A DNA stretch of 64,000 nt from Anaeromyxobacteraceae bacterium (GCA_032654565.1 JAULAX010000015.1:160001-224000); one strand, 5' to 3'; counted from the first letter of the stretch, positions 44,184 through 54,916 are shown. Numbers and translations: made by a program. The notes: generated by a model from the sequence alone, not told the origin.

Positions 44184-46271
44184 CTAGAGGCGGAACCGCC
44201 GCACCTCGCCGCGCAGCACCTCGGCCTGGGCGGCCAGGTCGGCGATGGCCAGCTCCAGGTCGTGGGCCGAGAGGTTCTGCGCCTCGGCCACCTGCTTGAT
44301 CTGCACCACCGCGCCCATCACCTGCTCCGAGCCGCGGGTCTGCTCCTTCTGGGCCCGGTTGAGGTGGTGGACCATGTCGCTGATCGACTCGATGGCCTTG
44401 GTGATCTGCTTGGAGCCGCGGGCCTGCTCCTGCGAGGAGCGCTCCACGTGCTTGGTGATCGACTTCATCTTCTCGGCGCTCTTCATGATCTGCTCGGAGC
44501 CGCGGGCCTGCTCGGCGGTGGCGGTGGCGATCTGCTGCACCGTCTCGGCGATGCGGATGATGGAGACGGTCACCTGCTTGGAGCCGCGCGCCTGCTCGAT
44601 GGTGGCCCGGGCGATGGCCCGCACCATGTGGGTGGCCTGGTGCGAGGAGGCCTCGATCTTCTTGAGCGCGGTCTCGGTCTCCTGGCCGAGCCGCACCCCC
44701 TCCTCGACGTTGCGGACGCCGCGGTCCATGGCGGTGACCGCCGCCTTGGACTGCTCCTGCACCGCCCGGATCAGCTCGGAGATCTCCTTGGTGGAGGCGC
44801 CGGTCCGCTCGGCCAGGTCCTTGATCTCGTCGGCCACCACCGCGAAGCCCTTGCCGTGCTCGCCCGACTGGGCGGCGAGGATGGCGGCGTTGAGGGCCAG
44901 CAGGTTGGTCTGCTCGGCGACGTCGTCGATGACGTTGAGGATGTTGTCGATGGCCGAGATCTTGCGCCCCAGCGCCTCGATCACGCTGGCCGCCTCCTTC
45001 GACGACTCCTTGATCTTGTCGATGCCGGTCAGGGTGCGGGAGAGCGCCTCGGCCCCCATCTCGGCGTCGCGCTGGGCCTGCTCGGAGAGCCGGGCGGTCT
45101 CGTTGGCGTTGGTCTCCACCTGGGAGATGGAGACGTCCATCTCGTTCATCGAGGAGCTGGTCTGCTCGGTGGTGGCGGAGAGGTCCTCGATGTTCTTGGC
45201 CACCTCCTTGATCGAGTAGGTCATCTGCTCGATGGCGGCGGTGGTCTCCTGCACCGAGGCGGCCAGGGCCTGGATGTTCTCGGCCACCACGTCGTTGGTG
45301 GCGGCCATCTCCAGGATCGACGACGACGACTCCTCGGCGCTGCCGGCCAGCACCTCGACGTTGTCGGCGATCCCCTTGAGGCTGGCGATCATCTGGCCCA
45401 TCGAGGCCGAGGTCTCCACGGCCCGCTCCGAGACGGTGCCGGCGCCGGCCGAGACCGCCGCCCCGGTGCGGCCGATGCGGTCGATGACCTCGGCGATCCC
45501 CCCGGTGACGGTCTGCACCCGGCCCAGGGTGCCGGCCAGGTTCTCGCCGATGCGGTTGAGCGACTCGGCCAGCGTCCCCAGCTCGTCCTCGCCCCCCTTG
45601 GCGGCGCGGGCGGTCAGGTCGGAGTCGCTCATGCGCCGGGCCACCGCGCTCATCTGGTCGAGCGGGGCCAGCACCAGCCGGGCGGTGAAGAGGTAGACCA
45701 GCGTGGCCAGCAGCAGGCCGCCCGCCCCCAGCAGCCCCAGCACCAGCCGGCGCACCTCGCCCAGCTGCTGGTTGAGCCGGGTGGGGGTGAGCCCGAGCAG
45801 CACGTGGCCCACCAGCTTCTCTTCGTGGGAGCCGTCGGCGCGCAGCTGCGAGACGGTCACCGGCGCGGTGAAGCGCAGCAGCCCGCCCCCGCGGAAGGCG
45901 CTGGCCATCCCGGCGGCGGCGTGTGTGCGCAGCACCTCCTCGGCGTCGTCGCCCAGCCCCTGCCCGAACCGTTTGGCGGCGATGGTCAGGTCGGTGCGGA
46001 CCACCACCGCGTAGGCGTCCTGGCTCTCGTCGAAGCGCTCGTCGAGGCGGGGGGCGATGCGGGCCTGGCCGCCGGCCCCCAGCCCGACCGAGAGCTCGCT
46101 GGCCAGCACCCGGGCGTCGCCCTCGCCGCGGCGCAGCAGCGACTCCTCGAGCGCCCCCAGCACCACCCGGTTGATGCTCCAGGCGGTGAAGCCGCCGGCC
46201 AGGGCCACCGCCACGCCGATGGCGAGCAGCAGGGTCCGCTTCACGCCGAGGCGGGCGAGGACGTTCAGCAT
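44184..46271 (-). CDS. Methyl-accepting chemotaxis protein (long signalling domain)
   Basis: Two TM segments, HAMP (DELGTLAESLN), EQTNLLALNAAILAAQSGEHGKGFAVVADE and repeated EQARGS heptads. Confidence 0.95.
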   Translation of the reverse strand: MLNVLARLGVKRTLLLAIGVAVALAGGFTAWSINRVVLGALEESLLRRGEGDARVLASELSVGLGAGGQARIAPRLDERFDESQDAYAVVVRTDLTIAAKRFGQGLGDDAEEVLRTHAAAGMASAFRGGGLLRFTAPVTVSQLRADGSHEEKLVGHVLLGLTPTRLNQQLGEVRRLVLGLLGAGGLLLATLVYLFTARLVLAPLDQMSAVARRMSDSDLTARAAKGGEDELGTLAESLNRIGENLAGTLGRVQTVTGGIAEVIDRIGRTGAAVSAGAGTVSERAVETSASMGQMIASLKGIADNVEVLAGSAEESSSSILEMAATNDVVAENIQALAASVQETTAAIEQMTYSIKEVAKNIEDLSATTEQTSSSMNEMDVSISQVETNANETARLSEQAQRDAEMGAEALSRTLTGIDKIKESSKEAASVIEALGRKISAIDNILNVIDDVAEQTNLLALNAAILAAQSGEHGKGFAVVADEIKDLAERTGASTKEISELIRAVQEQSKAAVTAMDRGVRNVEEGVRLGQETETALKKIEASSHQATHMVRAIARATIEQARGSKQVTVSIIRIAETVQQIATATAEQARGSEQIMKSAEKMKSITKHVERSSQEQARGSKQITKAIESISDMVHHLNRAQKEQTRGSEQVMGAVVQIKQVAEAQNLSAHDLELAIADLAAQAEVLRGEVRRFRL

Positions 46272-46307
46272 GGGGTGGGGCGAGCCTAGCACGCCCGCCC
46301 CCGCCGC

Positions 46308-48872
46308 TTACTGCATGAAGAGGTCCTGCACCTCGACCGGCTTGGGGGCCTCGGCGGCCTCGGCGGACGGCTCGGTCCCGGGCCGGAACGGCTCGTCGAC
46401 GCCGGGCGCCCCCTCGGCCACCGGCTTGCCGGTCTCCGGGTCGATGCGGACCATGACGATCTCCTCCGGCGCCTCGAACTCCGGCTGGGGCCGGTCGCGC
46501 AGCGCCGCCGACATGTAGTCGAGCCAGATGGGGAGCGAGGCCCGGCCGCCGGTCTCGCCGCGCCCCAGCGGCGTGACGTTGAGGTCGTAGCCGAGCCAGA
46601 CCCCGCAGGCGAGATCGCGGGTGAACCCCATGAACCAGGTGTCGAAGGAGTCGTTGGTGGTGCCGGTCTTGCCGGCGGCCGGCTTGCCCAGCGCCCGGGC
46701 CCCGGCGCCGGTGCCCACCGTGGCCACCTCGCGGAGCAGGTGGACCAGCACGTAGGCGGTGGTCGCCTCCATGGCCCGGGCCCGTGGGCGCTTCACCTCG
46801 GCCACCGCCGCGCCCAGCCGCGCCGAGAGCGGCACCCAGGCGTCGCGCGGCTGCGAGCGATCCTCCAGGGTGCGCCCCTCGCGGTCGAGCACCCGCTTCA
46901 CCATGGTGACCGGCCGCTTCTCGCCGAGGCGGGCGAAGGTGGCGTAGACGCCGGTCAGCTCCCAGAGCGAGACGCAGGAGGAGCCGAGCGCGCTCCCCAG
47001 CTCCTTCTTCACCGGCGTGGTCAGGCCGAGCTGGGCCGCCCAGGTGCCGAGGAAGTCGGCGCCCAGCGCGGTGGAGAGGGCCTCGGCGGTCTTCACCGCC
47101 GGGATGTTCATGGAGTTGACCAGCGCGGTGCGCAGGGTGACGTCGCCCTTGAAGTCCTGGCCGAAGTTCTGCGGCTTCCAGGCGTTGTCGTCGTCGCGGA
47201 AGACGATGGGGGCGTCGGAGAGGATGGTGGCCGGCGACCAGTCGAGCTTCTCGATGGCCGCCGAGTAGACCACCGGCTTGAAGGCCGAGCCGGGCTGCCG
47301 GCAGGCCTGGAAGGCGCGGTTGAACTCGGAGGCCTCGAAGTCGTAGCCGCCCACCTGGGCCACCGCCTCGCCGGTGTGCGGATCGATGGAGACCAGCGCC
47401 CCCTGCAGCTTCGGCTCCTGCTCCAGCGCCAGCAGCAGCTCGGCCTCGGGCAGCTCGCGGACCTTCTCCGGCTCCTTGCCCTCGCGCTCCACCAGCTCCT
47501 TGCGGTCGACGCGGCGCACCAGCACCACGTCGCCGGCCTTGAGCACCCCGCTCACCCGCTTGAGCTGCCCCTCGCTGAAGTGGACCTCGGGGTTGGGCTT
47601 GCGGGCCCAGCGCATCCCCGCCAGCGGCAGCACCCCGCGCTGCCCGCCCACCTGCACCGCGGCCTGCTTCTCGGCCACCTGCTCGACGATCCCCACCGCG
47701 TAGTCGTTGGTCCCGAGCGCCCCGGCCGGCCAGGCCTTCTCCAGCCGGGCCTGCAGCGCCTGGCGCGCCGCCCCCTCGACGTGGTCGACCGGCCCGTGGA
47801 ACCCCTGCCGGTGGTCCACCTCCATGAGCCCCTTGAGCATGGCGGCCTGGGCGCCGCGCTGCTTCTCCAGGTCCATGGCCATCTCCACCCGCAGCCCGTC
47901 CTGCAGCAGCCGCTGGTTGCCGTAGCGCTCCACCACCTGGCGGCGCACCTGCTCCACGTAGAACGGGGCGGTCTCGCGGAAGACGTCGTCGAGGCCGAAG
48001 ACCTTGACCTCCTGGGCCTCGGCGGCGGCCCGCTCCTCGGCGGTGATGAACCGCTCCTCGAACATGCGGCGCAGCACGTAGCGGCGCCGGTCGCGCGCCG
48101 ACTCGGGGTGGGCGAAGGGGGAGTAGCGGCTGGGGGCCTGGGGCAGGCCGGCCAGCAGCGCCGCCTCGGCCAGGGTCAGCTCCTCGACGTTCTTGCGGTA
48201 GTAGTTCTCGGCCGCCGACTGCACCCCGTAGCTGTGGTGGCCGAGGTAGACGCCGTTCAGGTAGAGCCAGAGGATCTGCTCCTTGGTGAAGCGGCGCTCC
48301 AGCTGGGCGGCCAGGATCAGCTCGCGGATCTTGCGGCGCAGGTTGCGCCGGGTCCCTTCCTCGAACCCCTCGGCCGAGACCAGGATGGCCTTGGCGGTCT
48401 GCTGGGTCAGGGTGGAGCCGCCCTTGACGCCGCGGCGCAGCACGTAGGTGGTGAAGCCGGCCCGCAGCGTGCCGCGCCAGTCGACGCCGGCGTGGTCGAA
48501 GAAGCGCTGGTCCTCGGAGGCGATGAAGGCCTGCACCAGCGCCCGGGGGATGCGCGGGTAGGCCACCACCTTGCGCCGCTCGGCGAAGAACTCGCCGGCG
48601 ATCTGGCCGTCGGCGCTGATGGTCTCGGTGATGATGGGCGGCCGGTAGCCCTCGATGGAGGGGAGCTCGGGCAGCCCCTTGGCGAAGTGGAGCCAGAGCC
48701 CCACCGCCAGCGCCACCCCCAGGTTGAAGAGCACGACGGCGGCGAAGAGCGACCAGCGCAGCGCCGTCCGCCAGGCCGGCCCCGGCGGCGGCAGGCCGGT
48801 CAGCACCAGCCGCGGCGTGGCGGCGGGCCCGTCGGGAGGCGGCGCGGCGCCCGGGGCGTTCGGCTCCATCAT
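46308..48872 (-). CDS. mrcA: Class A penicillin-binding protein 1A
   Basis: SEDQRFFDH, GGSTLTQQ, RRKIRE, RQPGSAFKP (SxxK), SMN and KTGT. Confidence 0.9.
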   Translation of the reverse strand: MMEPNAPGAAPPPDGPAATPRLVLTGLPPPGPAWRTALRWSLFAAVVLFNLGVALAVGLWLHFAKGLPELPSIEGYRPPIITETISADGQIAGEFFAERRKVVAYPRIPRALVQAFIASEDQRFFDHAGVDWRGTLRAGFTTYVLRRGVKGGSTLTQQTAKAILVSAEGFEEGTRRNLRRKIRELILAAQLERRFTKEQILWLYLNGVYLGHHSYGVQSAAENYYRKNVEELTLAEAALLAGLPQAPSRYSPFAHPESARDRRRYVLRRMFEERFITAEERAAAEAQEVKVFGLDDVFRETAPFYVEQVRRQVVERYGNQRLLQDGLRVEMAMDLEKQRGAQAAMLKGLMEVDHRQGFHGPVDHVEGAARQALQARLEKAWPAGALGTNDYAVGIVEQVAEKQAAVQVGGQRGVLPLAGMRWARKPNPEVHFSEGQLKRVSGVLKAGDVVLVRRVDRKELVEREGKEPEKVRELPEAELLLALEQEPKLQGALVSIDPHTGEAVAQVGGYDFEASEFNRAFQACRQPGSAFKPVVYSAAIEKLDWSPATILSDAPIVFRDDDNAWKPQNFGQDFKGDVTLRTALVNSMNIPAVKTAEALSTALGADFLGTWAAQLGLTTPVKKELGSALGSSCVSLWELTGVYATFARLGEKRPVTMVKRVLDREGRTLEDRSQPRDAWVPLSARLGAAVAEVKRPRARAMEATTAYVLVHLLREVATVGTGAGARALGKPAAGKTGTTNDSFDTWFMGFTRDLACGVWLGYDLNVTPLGRGETGGRASLPIWLDYMSAALRDRPQPEFEAPEEIVMVRIDPETGKPVAEGAPGVDEPFRPGTEPSAEAAEAPKPVEVQDLFMQ

Positions 48873-48887
48873 GGGGAAGGCCCGACC

Positions 48888-49916
48888 TTACTTGCGGCGC
48901 GGGCCGCTTTCAACGCCGGCCGGCCGGGCCGGCGCGCTGCCCGGCGGCGCCGGCACGTTGAGCGCCTTCAAGGCCTCCAGCAGCTCGGGCGGCAGCGGCG
49001 CCTCCAGCCGGAGCAGCTCGCCGGTGATCGGGTGGGGCAGCTCCAGCTTCCAGGCGTGCAGGAACATGCGGCGCAGGTTCCAGCGGGTGCGGGCGGCCCG
49101 GTTGAAGTTGAAGTCGCCGTAGCGCGGGTCGCCGGCCACCGGGTGCCCGGCGGCCTGCAGGTGGCGCCGGATCTGGTGGGTGCGGCCGGTCTCGATGAGC
49201 ACCTGCAGCAGCGTCGCCTCCTTCATGGAGCCGAGCACCTTCCAGCGGGTCAGGGCCGGCTGCATGTTGACGCCGCGGACGTCCTTGGAGCGGCCGGTCT
49301 GCTCGTGCTCGGAGAGCGGCTGGTCGAAGAGGCCGCTCTGCTGCGGCATCTTCCCCTTGGCCAGCGCCAGGTACTGCTTCTTCAGGTCGGTCTTCGACTC
49401 GAAGAGCTGCCCCAGCACCACCATGGCCTGGCGGGTCTTGGCCACCAGGATGACGCCGGAGGTCTCGCGGTCGAGCCGGTGGGCCGGCGAGGGCTTGAAC
49501 TCGCCGCTGGGCAGCTTGGTGGGCACCTTGAGGTAGTCGCGCACCAGCTCCACCAGCGTGGCCCCGCCGATGCCGGTGCCGGGGTGGGCGGCCAGCCCGG
49601 CCGGCTTGTTGACCACCAGCAGGTGGTCGTCCTCCAGCAGCACCTCCAGCCGGATCCCGCCGCTGCCGCGCACCCGGGGGGCGCTGCCGGGGGCCGGCTC
49701 GGCCAGCAGCTTCTGCTCGTCGCCCCAGATCTCGATCTTGTCGGCCGCCGCCAGCAGCTGCTCGGGGCGCCCGCGCACCCCGTTCACCTTCACCTTGCGG
49801 GTGCGGAACATCTTGTAGACGTGGCTGAGGGGGACGCCCTTCAAGGCCTTGCGGACGTACTTGTCGAGACGCTGTCCCTCGGCGTCGGCGCTGGCGGTGA
49901 GCTCGATCATGGGCAC
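48888..49916 (-). CDS. RluA-family pseudouridine synthase with S4 domain
   Basis: GQRLDKYV, VNKPAG, HRLDRETSG, TGRTHQIR, GDPRYG and LHAWKL. Confidence 0.92.
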   Translation of the reverse strand: MPMIELTASADAEGQRLDKYVRKALKGVPLSHVYKMFRTRKVKVNGVRGRPEQLLAAADKIEIWGDEQKLLAEPAPGSAPRVRGSGGIRLEVLLEDDHLLVVNKPAGLAAHPGTGIGGATLVELVRDYLKVPTKLPSGEFKPSPAHRLDRETSGVILVAKTRQAMVVLGQLFESKTDLKKQYLALAKGKMPQQSGLFDQPLSEHEQTGRSKDVRGVNMQPALTRWKVLGSMKEATLLQVLIETGRTHQIRRHLQAAGHPVAGDPRYGDFNFNRAARTRWNLRRMFLHAWKLELPHPITGELLRLEAPLPPELLEALKALNVPAPPGSAPARPAGVESGPRRK

Positions 49917-49945
49917 CTTGTACTACGAGCCGCCGCGATCCCGGC

Positions 49946-50281
49946 TCAGCCGCGCCGTGGCCAGCGGTAGCGGCTCTGGCCACCGATGCGCAGGTTGAGG
50001 AGCAGGATCGGCTCGGAGGCCTCCGGTGGTACCCAATACAGGACCAGGAACTCGCGCGCTCCGGCGTCGAGCAGGTACTCCCGGACCGTGATGGTCCTGC
50101 CAGCGACCTTCCGGCGCCTGGCCGGTGCCATGGCCTCGAACCGGGCCAGGTTCTCGAGCATCGCCCCGTGGCGCTCCGCCAGCCTGGCGAGCAGCCGGAC
50201 GGCGCCCCGGGAGGCGTACTCGTCGACGAAGGCCCGCAGCTGGCGGGTGTAGTGCGGTGTGGGGAGGACCGGCTGCTTCAC
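49946..50281 (-). CDS. Putative type II toxin, ParE/RelE-like (111 aa)
   Basis: GTG overlaps the antitoxin stop (GTGA); Arg-rich; TP..TRQL, L.RFEAMA, REY, FLVLY and ILLLNLR pattern resembles the RelE/ParE fold. Confidence 0.55.
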   Translation of the reverse strand: MKQPVLPTPHYTRQLRAFVDEYASRGAVRLLARLAERHGAMLENLARFEAMAPARRRKVAGRTITVREYLLDAGAREFLVLYWVPPEASEPILLLNLRIGGQSRYRWPRRG

Positions 50282-50556
50282 CGCTTCCGTCGCCTCGCCG
50301 CCGCACCGGCCTTGGCGATGCCAGCCTTGAAGATGGCCTCCAGCTCCTCGACCTTTCCCGCCTGGCCATCGAGCTGGTAGGCCTCCCAGGCCGCGAAGGC
50401 CTCGGCCTCGAACCTGGCGTCGGCCTCGGCCTCCTCCAGCGCCGGAGTCCCGATGGCCTCCAGGACAGCGGCCATGGGCCGACCGGTCTGCCTGGCGACG
50501 CGCTCCAGCGTCCGCGCGAAGGTCTCGCTCACCCTGACGTTCAGCTGTCGGCTCAT
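50278..50556 (-). CDS. Putative ribbon-helix-helix antitoxin (92 aa)
   Basis: QLNVRVSETFARTLERVARQTGRP (RHH strand-helix-helix), acidic middle, AWEAYQLDG; AGGAGAGG RBS. Confidence 0.7.
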   Translation of the reverse strand: MSRQLNVRVSETFARTLERVARQTGRPMAAVLEAIGTPALEEAEADARFEAEAFAAWEAYQLDGQAGKVEELEAIFKAGIAKAGAAARRRKR

Positions 50557-50658
50557 GGTCGGCGCCTCTCCTAGCACAAGCTAGCAAGCGATAGTTCCGC
50601 GGTCAACCCACCGGTGACACCGGGGCGGCGCCGCCGCGGAGACCACCGGCGCCCCTCC

Positions 50659-51660
50659 TCACAGAAGCTCGAGCTGGCTCCCCTCCCGCAGGGGCTCGGC
50701 CCGGATCCCCTCCCGGCAGAGGGCCGCCGCCAGCTCGTCGGTGCTGCCGTGGATGGTGAAGACCCGCGTGGCCCCGGTGGCCCGGGCGTAGCGGAGCAGC
50801 GACGGGTAGTCGCAGTGATCGGAGAGCGGGAAGGCGGCGTCCACCCCGCGGAACATCCGCTCGCCGTCGATGGCCCAGCCGGTCAGGGCGGCGGTGCGGC
50901 GGCGGCGCACCGACTTCATGGCCGGGCTCCAGGCCAGCTGCTGCGGCACCACCACCACCTCGCCGACCGCCACCCCCTCGGCGTCGAGCGGGCGGACCCC
51001 GGGCAGGTCCACGCCGTGGGCCTGGTAGATGCGGTTGATGCCGTGGACCACCGGGTGGCAGCGGCAGGCGTAGCCGGCCCCGGCCAGGTGGGCCAGGATC
51101 TCCTGGGCCTTGCCGAGGGCGTAGCCGTACAGGACCGGCGTGACGCCGTCGGAGAGGGCGTCGTCGCAGAACCGGCGGATGGCGGCCAGCGTCTCCTGCT
51201 TGGGCGGGAAGACGTAGCGGGGCAGGCCGAAGGTGGACTCCAGCACCAGCACGTCGCAGGGCATCACCTCGGCCGGCTCGGCGGCGCAGGGGGTGTCGGT
51301 GCAGAGGTCGCCGGTGTAGCCGAGCGTCCGGCCGTCCTCCAGCGTCACCTTGAGCTGGGCCGAGCCGAGCACGTGGCCGGCCGGGAAGAGCTCCAGGGTC
51401 TGGGTCCCCAGGCCGAAGGGCTGGCGGTAGGCCACCGGCAGCTGCTCGGCCTGGCAGACCCGCTTCGGCTCGCCGAGCCGGTGGTTCATCAGCGCCAGCG
51501 TGGCCGGGGTGGCGATGGTCCGGTCGTGGCGGCCGATGTGGTCGCCGTGGGCGTGGGAGACGAAGGCGCAGGGGGCCCGGCGGCGGGCGTCGAGGTGCAG
51601 GGCGGTGCCGGCGACGCGCAGCTCCCCGCGGTGCAGCTCGATGGGCGGCTGGGGCGGCAT
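50659..51660 (-). CDS. MBL-fold/beta-CASP nuclease (ligase-associated exonuclease-like)
   Basis: SHAHGDH, PAGHVLGSAQ, YTGD, ESTFGLPRY, GYALGKAQ, LSDHCD and TIHG. Confidence 0.85.
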   Translation of the reverse strand: MPPQPPIELHRGELRVAGTALHLDARRRAPCAFVSHAHGDHIGRHDRTIATPATLALMNHRLGEPKRVCQAEQLPVAYRQPFGLGTQTLELFPAGHVLGSAQLKVTLEDGRTLGYTGDLCTDTPCAAEPAEVMPCDVLVLESTFGLPRYVFPPKQETLAAIRRFCDDALSDGVTPVLYGYALGKAQEILAHLAGAGYACRCHPVVHGINRIYQAHGVDLPGVRPLDAEGVAVGEVVVVPQQLAWSPAMKSVRRRRTAALTGWAIDGERMFRGVDAAFPLSDHCDYPSLLRYARATGATRVFTIHGSTDELAAALCREGIRAEPLREGSQLELL

Positions 51661-51784
51661 GGGCTGGAGGATCTACACGGTGGGGCTGACGCGCGAGGCG
51701 GGGCGGGCGGCGGTTCGGACCCCGCGACATCGTCGCGCCCCGGCGGGGGTGGCCCTCCTCGGCTCGAAGTGCCACCATCCGCGC

Positions 51785-54700
51785 ATGGCTCCCCCTCGCA
51801 CCCGGCGTGTAGCGAAGAAGTCGGTGAAGAAGGCCACCGGCCCGGCTTCCAGCCGGTCCGCCCCCGCCGCCCGGGCCCCGGCCGCCGGCACGCGCAAGGC
51901 GCTCGGCACCAGCGCCCGCGCCGCCACCGGCGCCCGTCCCGGGGGCGCCGCGCGACCTGCGCCCGCCGCCGCCGGCTTCCCGGTGGTGGCGCTGGGGGCC
52001 TCGGCCGGTGGCCTGGAGGCCTACGAGGCCTTCTTCCGCAGCGTCCCGCCCGACCTGGGCATGGCCTACGTGGTGGTCTCGCACCTCGACCCCAGCCACG
52101 CCAGCATCCTCACCGAGATCGTGCAGCGTGCCACCAGCCTGCCGGCGGTGGAGGCCTCCGACGGGCTGGCGGTGGAGCCGAACCACATCTATGTGATCCC
52201 GCCCAACCGCGACCTGACCATCTTCCACGGCGCCCTGCAGCTCACCAGCCCGGAGCAGCCGCGCGGGCAGCGCATGCCCATCGACCTGTTCTTCCGCTCC
52301 CTCGCCGAGGACCAGGGCGAGCGGGCCATCGGCGTGGTGCTCTCCGGCACCGGCTCGGACGGAAGCCTGGGGCTGCGGGCCATCCTCGGGGCCGGCGGCG
52401 TCACCTTCGCCCAGTCGCCGGAGACCGCCAAGTACGACGGCATGCCGTCGAGCGCCATCCAGGCCGGCTACGCCACCCACGTGCTGCCGGTGGAGGAGAT
52501 GCCGGAGCTGATGCGCAAGGTGTCGCGCGCCTTCCAGCCGCAGCGGCCGCTGCCACCGGCACCGGCCGCCCTGCGCGGCCTGGGGCTGGTGCTGGCCACG
52601 CTGCGGGCCCGCACCGGCCACGACTTCACGCTCTACAAGAAGAGCACGGTGCTGCGCCGCATCGAGCGGCGCATGGTGCAGCACGATCTCTCCGACCTGG
52701 AGGTCTACGCCCGGTACCTGAAGGAGCACCCGGCCGAGGTCCAGGTGCTCTTCAAGGAGCTGCTCATCAACGTCACCAGCTTCTTCCGCGACCCGGAGGC
52801 CTTCGCGGTGCTGCAGCAGGACGTGCTCCCCGGGCTCTGCAAGGGCAAGGTCGAGGGCTCGGTCTTCCGGGCCTGGGTGGCCGGCTGCGCCACCGGCGAG
52901 GAGGCCTACTCCATCGCCATCCTGCTCCGCGAGCTGATGGACGAGCGCTCGCTCGACTTCAAGGTGAAGATCTACGCCACCGATCTCGACGACGACGCCG
53001 TCGCCCGGGCCCGGGTGGGCGCCTACCCACCGAGCATCGTCCAGGACGTGACCCCGGAGCGGCTGCGCCGCTTCTTCACCAAGGAGGAGGCCGGCTACCG
53101 GGTCAAGAAGGAGCTGCGCGAGATGGTGGTCTTCGCCACCCAGAACGTCCTCCGCGACCCGCCCTTCACCCGGCTCGACCTGCTCTCCTGCCGCAACCTG
53201 ATGATCTACCTGGAGCCCGAGGCCCAGGACCGGCTCATCTCCAGCTTCCACTACGCCCTGCGGCCCGGCGGGGTGCTCTTCCTCTCGCCCTCGGAGAGCA
53301 CCAGCCACCACGCCGACCTGTTCAAGCCCATCAACCGGAAGTGGACGCTCTTCCGCACCGTGGCCTCGGCGGCGGCCACCCGGGCCCTGCGGGCCGCCGT
53401 CCCTGCGCCCGCCCCCGCGGACACCGCCGCTTCCCAGGGGGGCGCCGGATCGGACCGCAAGCCCCGCGAGTCCAGCGTCGTGGAGCTGACCAACCGGGCG
53501 CTGCTGCGTTCCTTCGCCCCGGCCTCGGTGGCCACCGATCTGGCCGGAAACATCCTCTACGTGCATGGCGACACCGCCCCCTTCCTGCGCCCGGCGCCGG
53601 GCCAGGCCACGCTCAACGTCGTCGAGATGGCCCGCGGCGAGCTGCAGCAGGAGCTGCGGGCCGCCTTCCGCGCCGGCCTCCCCCGGGGCAAGTCGCCGCC
53701 CCGGCGCGAGGTCCAGCTCACCGTCGATGGCGGCCGCCGCACCGTCTGGTTCAGCCTGCACCCGCTCCAGCTCCCGGAGCGGAGCGAGGGGCTGGTGCTG
53801 GTGACCTTCCAGGAGGCGCCGTCGAAGCCGGCGGCGGGACGCGGCCCGGTCCGGCCCCTGGAGCGGGGCAAGGTGAAGGAGCTGGAGCGCGCCCTGGCCT
53901 CCTCCCGGGACTTCCTGCGCACCACGGTGGAGGAGCAGCAGGCCTCCACCGAGGAGCTGAAGTCGATGAACGAGGAGCTGCAGTCCACCAACGAGGAGCT
54001 GCAGTCCACCAACGAGGAGCTGGAGACCTCCAAGGAGGAGCTGCAGTCGGTGAACGAGGAGCTGGTGACCGTCAACGCCGAGCTCCAGTCCAAGATCGAG
54101 CAGCTGGCCGACATGCAGAACGACATGCGCAACCTGCTCGACAGCGTCAGCGCCGGCACCATCTTCCTCGACGACCAGCTCAACATCCGGCGCTTCAGCC
54201 GCGAGGCCACCCGGGTCTTCCGGCTGGTGGCCACCGACGTGGGGCGGCCGCTGCTCGACATCAAGACCGACCTGGAGGGGCTGGACCTGCTCGAGGTGGC
54301 CCGGGGGTGCTCGACTCGCTGGTCCCGTGGGAGCGGGAGGTGCGGTCGGTCCGTGGCGCCTTCTACCTGACCCGGCTCCAGCCCTACCGGACGCTCGACA
54401 ACGTCATCGCCGGGGTGGTGATCACCTTCACCGACATCTCCTCCCGGGTCACCGCCGAGACCGCGGTGCAGGAGGCCCGCCAGCTCTCCGAGAACATCGT
54501 CGACACGGTGCGCGAGCCGCTGCTGGTGCTCGACGGCAGGCTCCAGGTGGCCTCGGCCAGCCGCTCCTTCTTCCAGTACTTCAAGGTGGCGCCGGCCGAG
54601 ACCATCGGCCGGGTGGTCTTCGACCTCGGCAACCGGCAGTGGGACGTGCCGGCCCTGCGCGAGCTGCTGGAGAAGGTGCTGGCCCGCGACCTGGTCTTCG

Positions 54701-54876
54701 ACGGCTACGTGCTGGAGCACGACTTCCCCGTCATCGGGCGGCGCCGGCTGATCCTCAACGCCCGGCGGGTCGTGGGGCAGGGCGGCGAGACCCGGCGCAT
54801 CCTCCTGGCCATGGAGGACGACCGGGGGGCCCCAAGTGAGGACCCGGGGCTGCTCCGGATCCCCGTCGAATCGTGA
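51785..54876 (+). pseudogene. CheB-CheR-PAS fusion, split by an apparent 1-nt deletion at ~54303-54307
   Basis: GASAGG, HLDP, LSGTGSDG (CheB); INVTSFFRD, GCATGEEAYS, SCRNLMIY (CheR); EELQS coiled coil. The PAS domains continue in another frame to the stop at 54876. Confidence 0.85.
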
Positions 54877-54916
54877 AACACTGTCCCGGTGGAACGGCCC
54901 GCAAGGGGGGCTGGCG

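Noticed and set aside
53950..54085. Repeated AACGAGGAGCTGCAGTCC units as a DNA repeat element
   Set aside because: They encode the normal EELQS coiled-coil heptads of CheB-CheR fusions.
50614..54876. 1420-aa ORF in the ORF track
   Set aside because: Off-frame Arg/Pro/Gly-rich shadow; only the part after ~54308 is real, as the frameshifted cheBR C-terminus.
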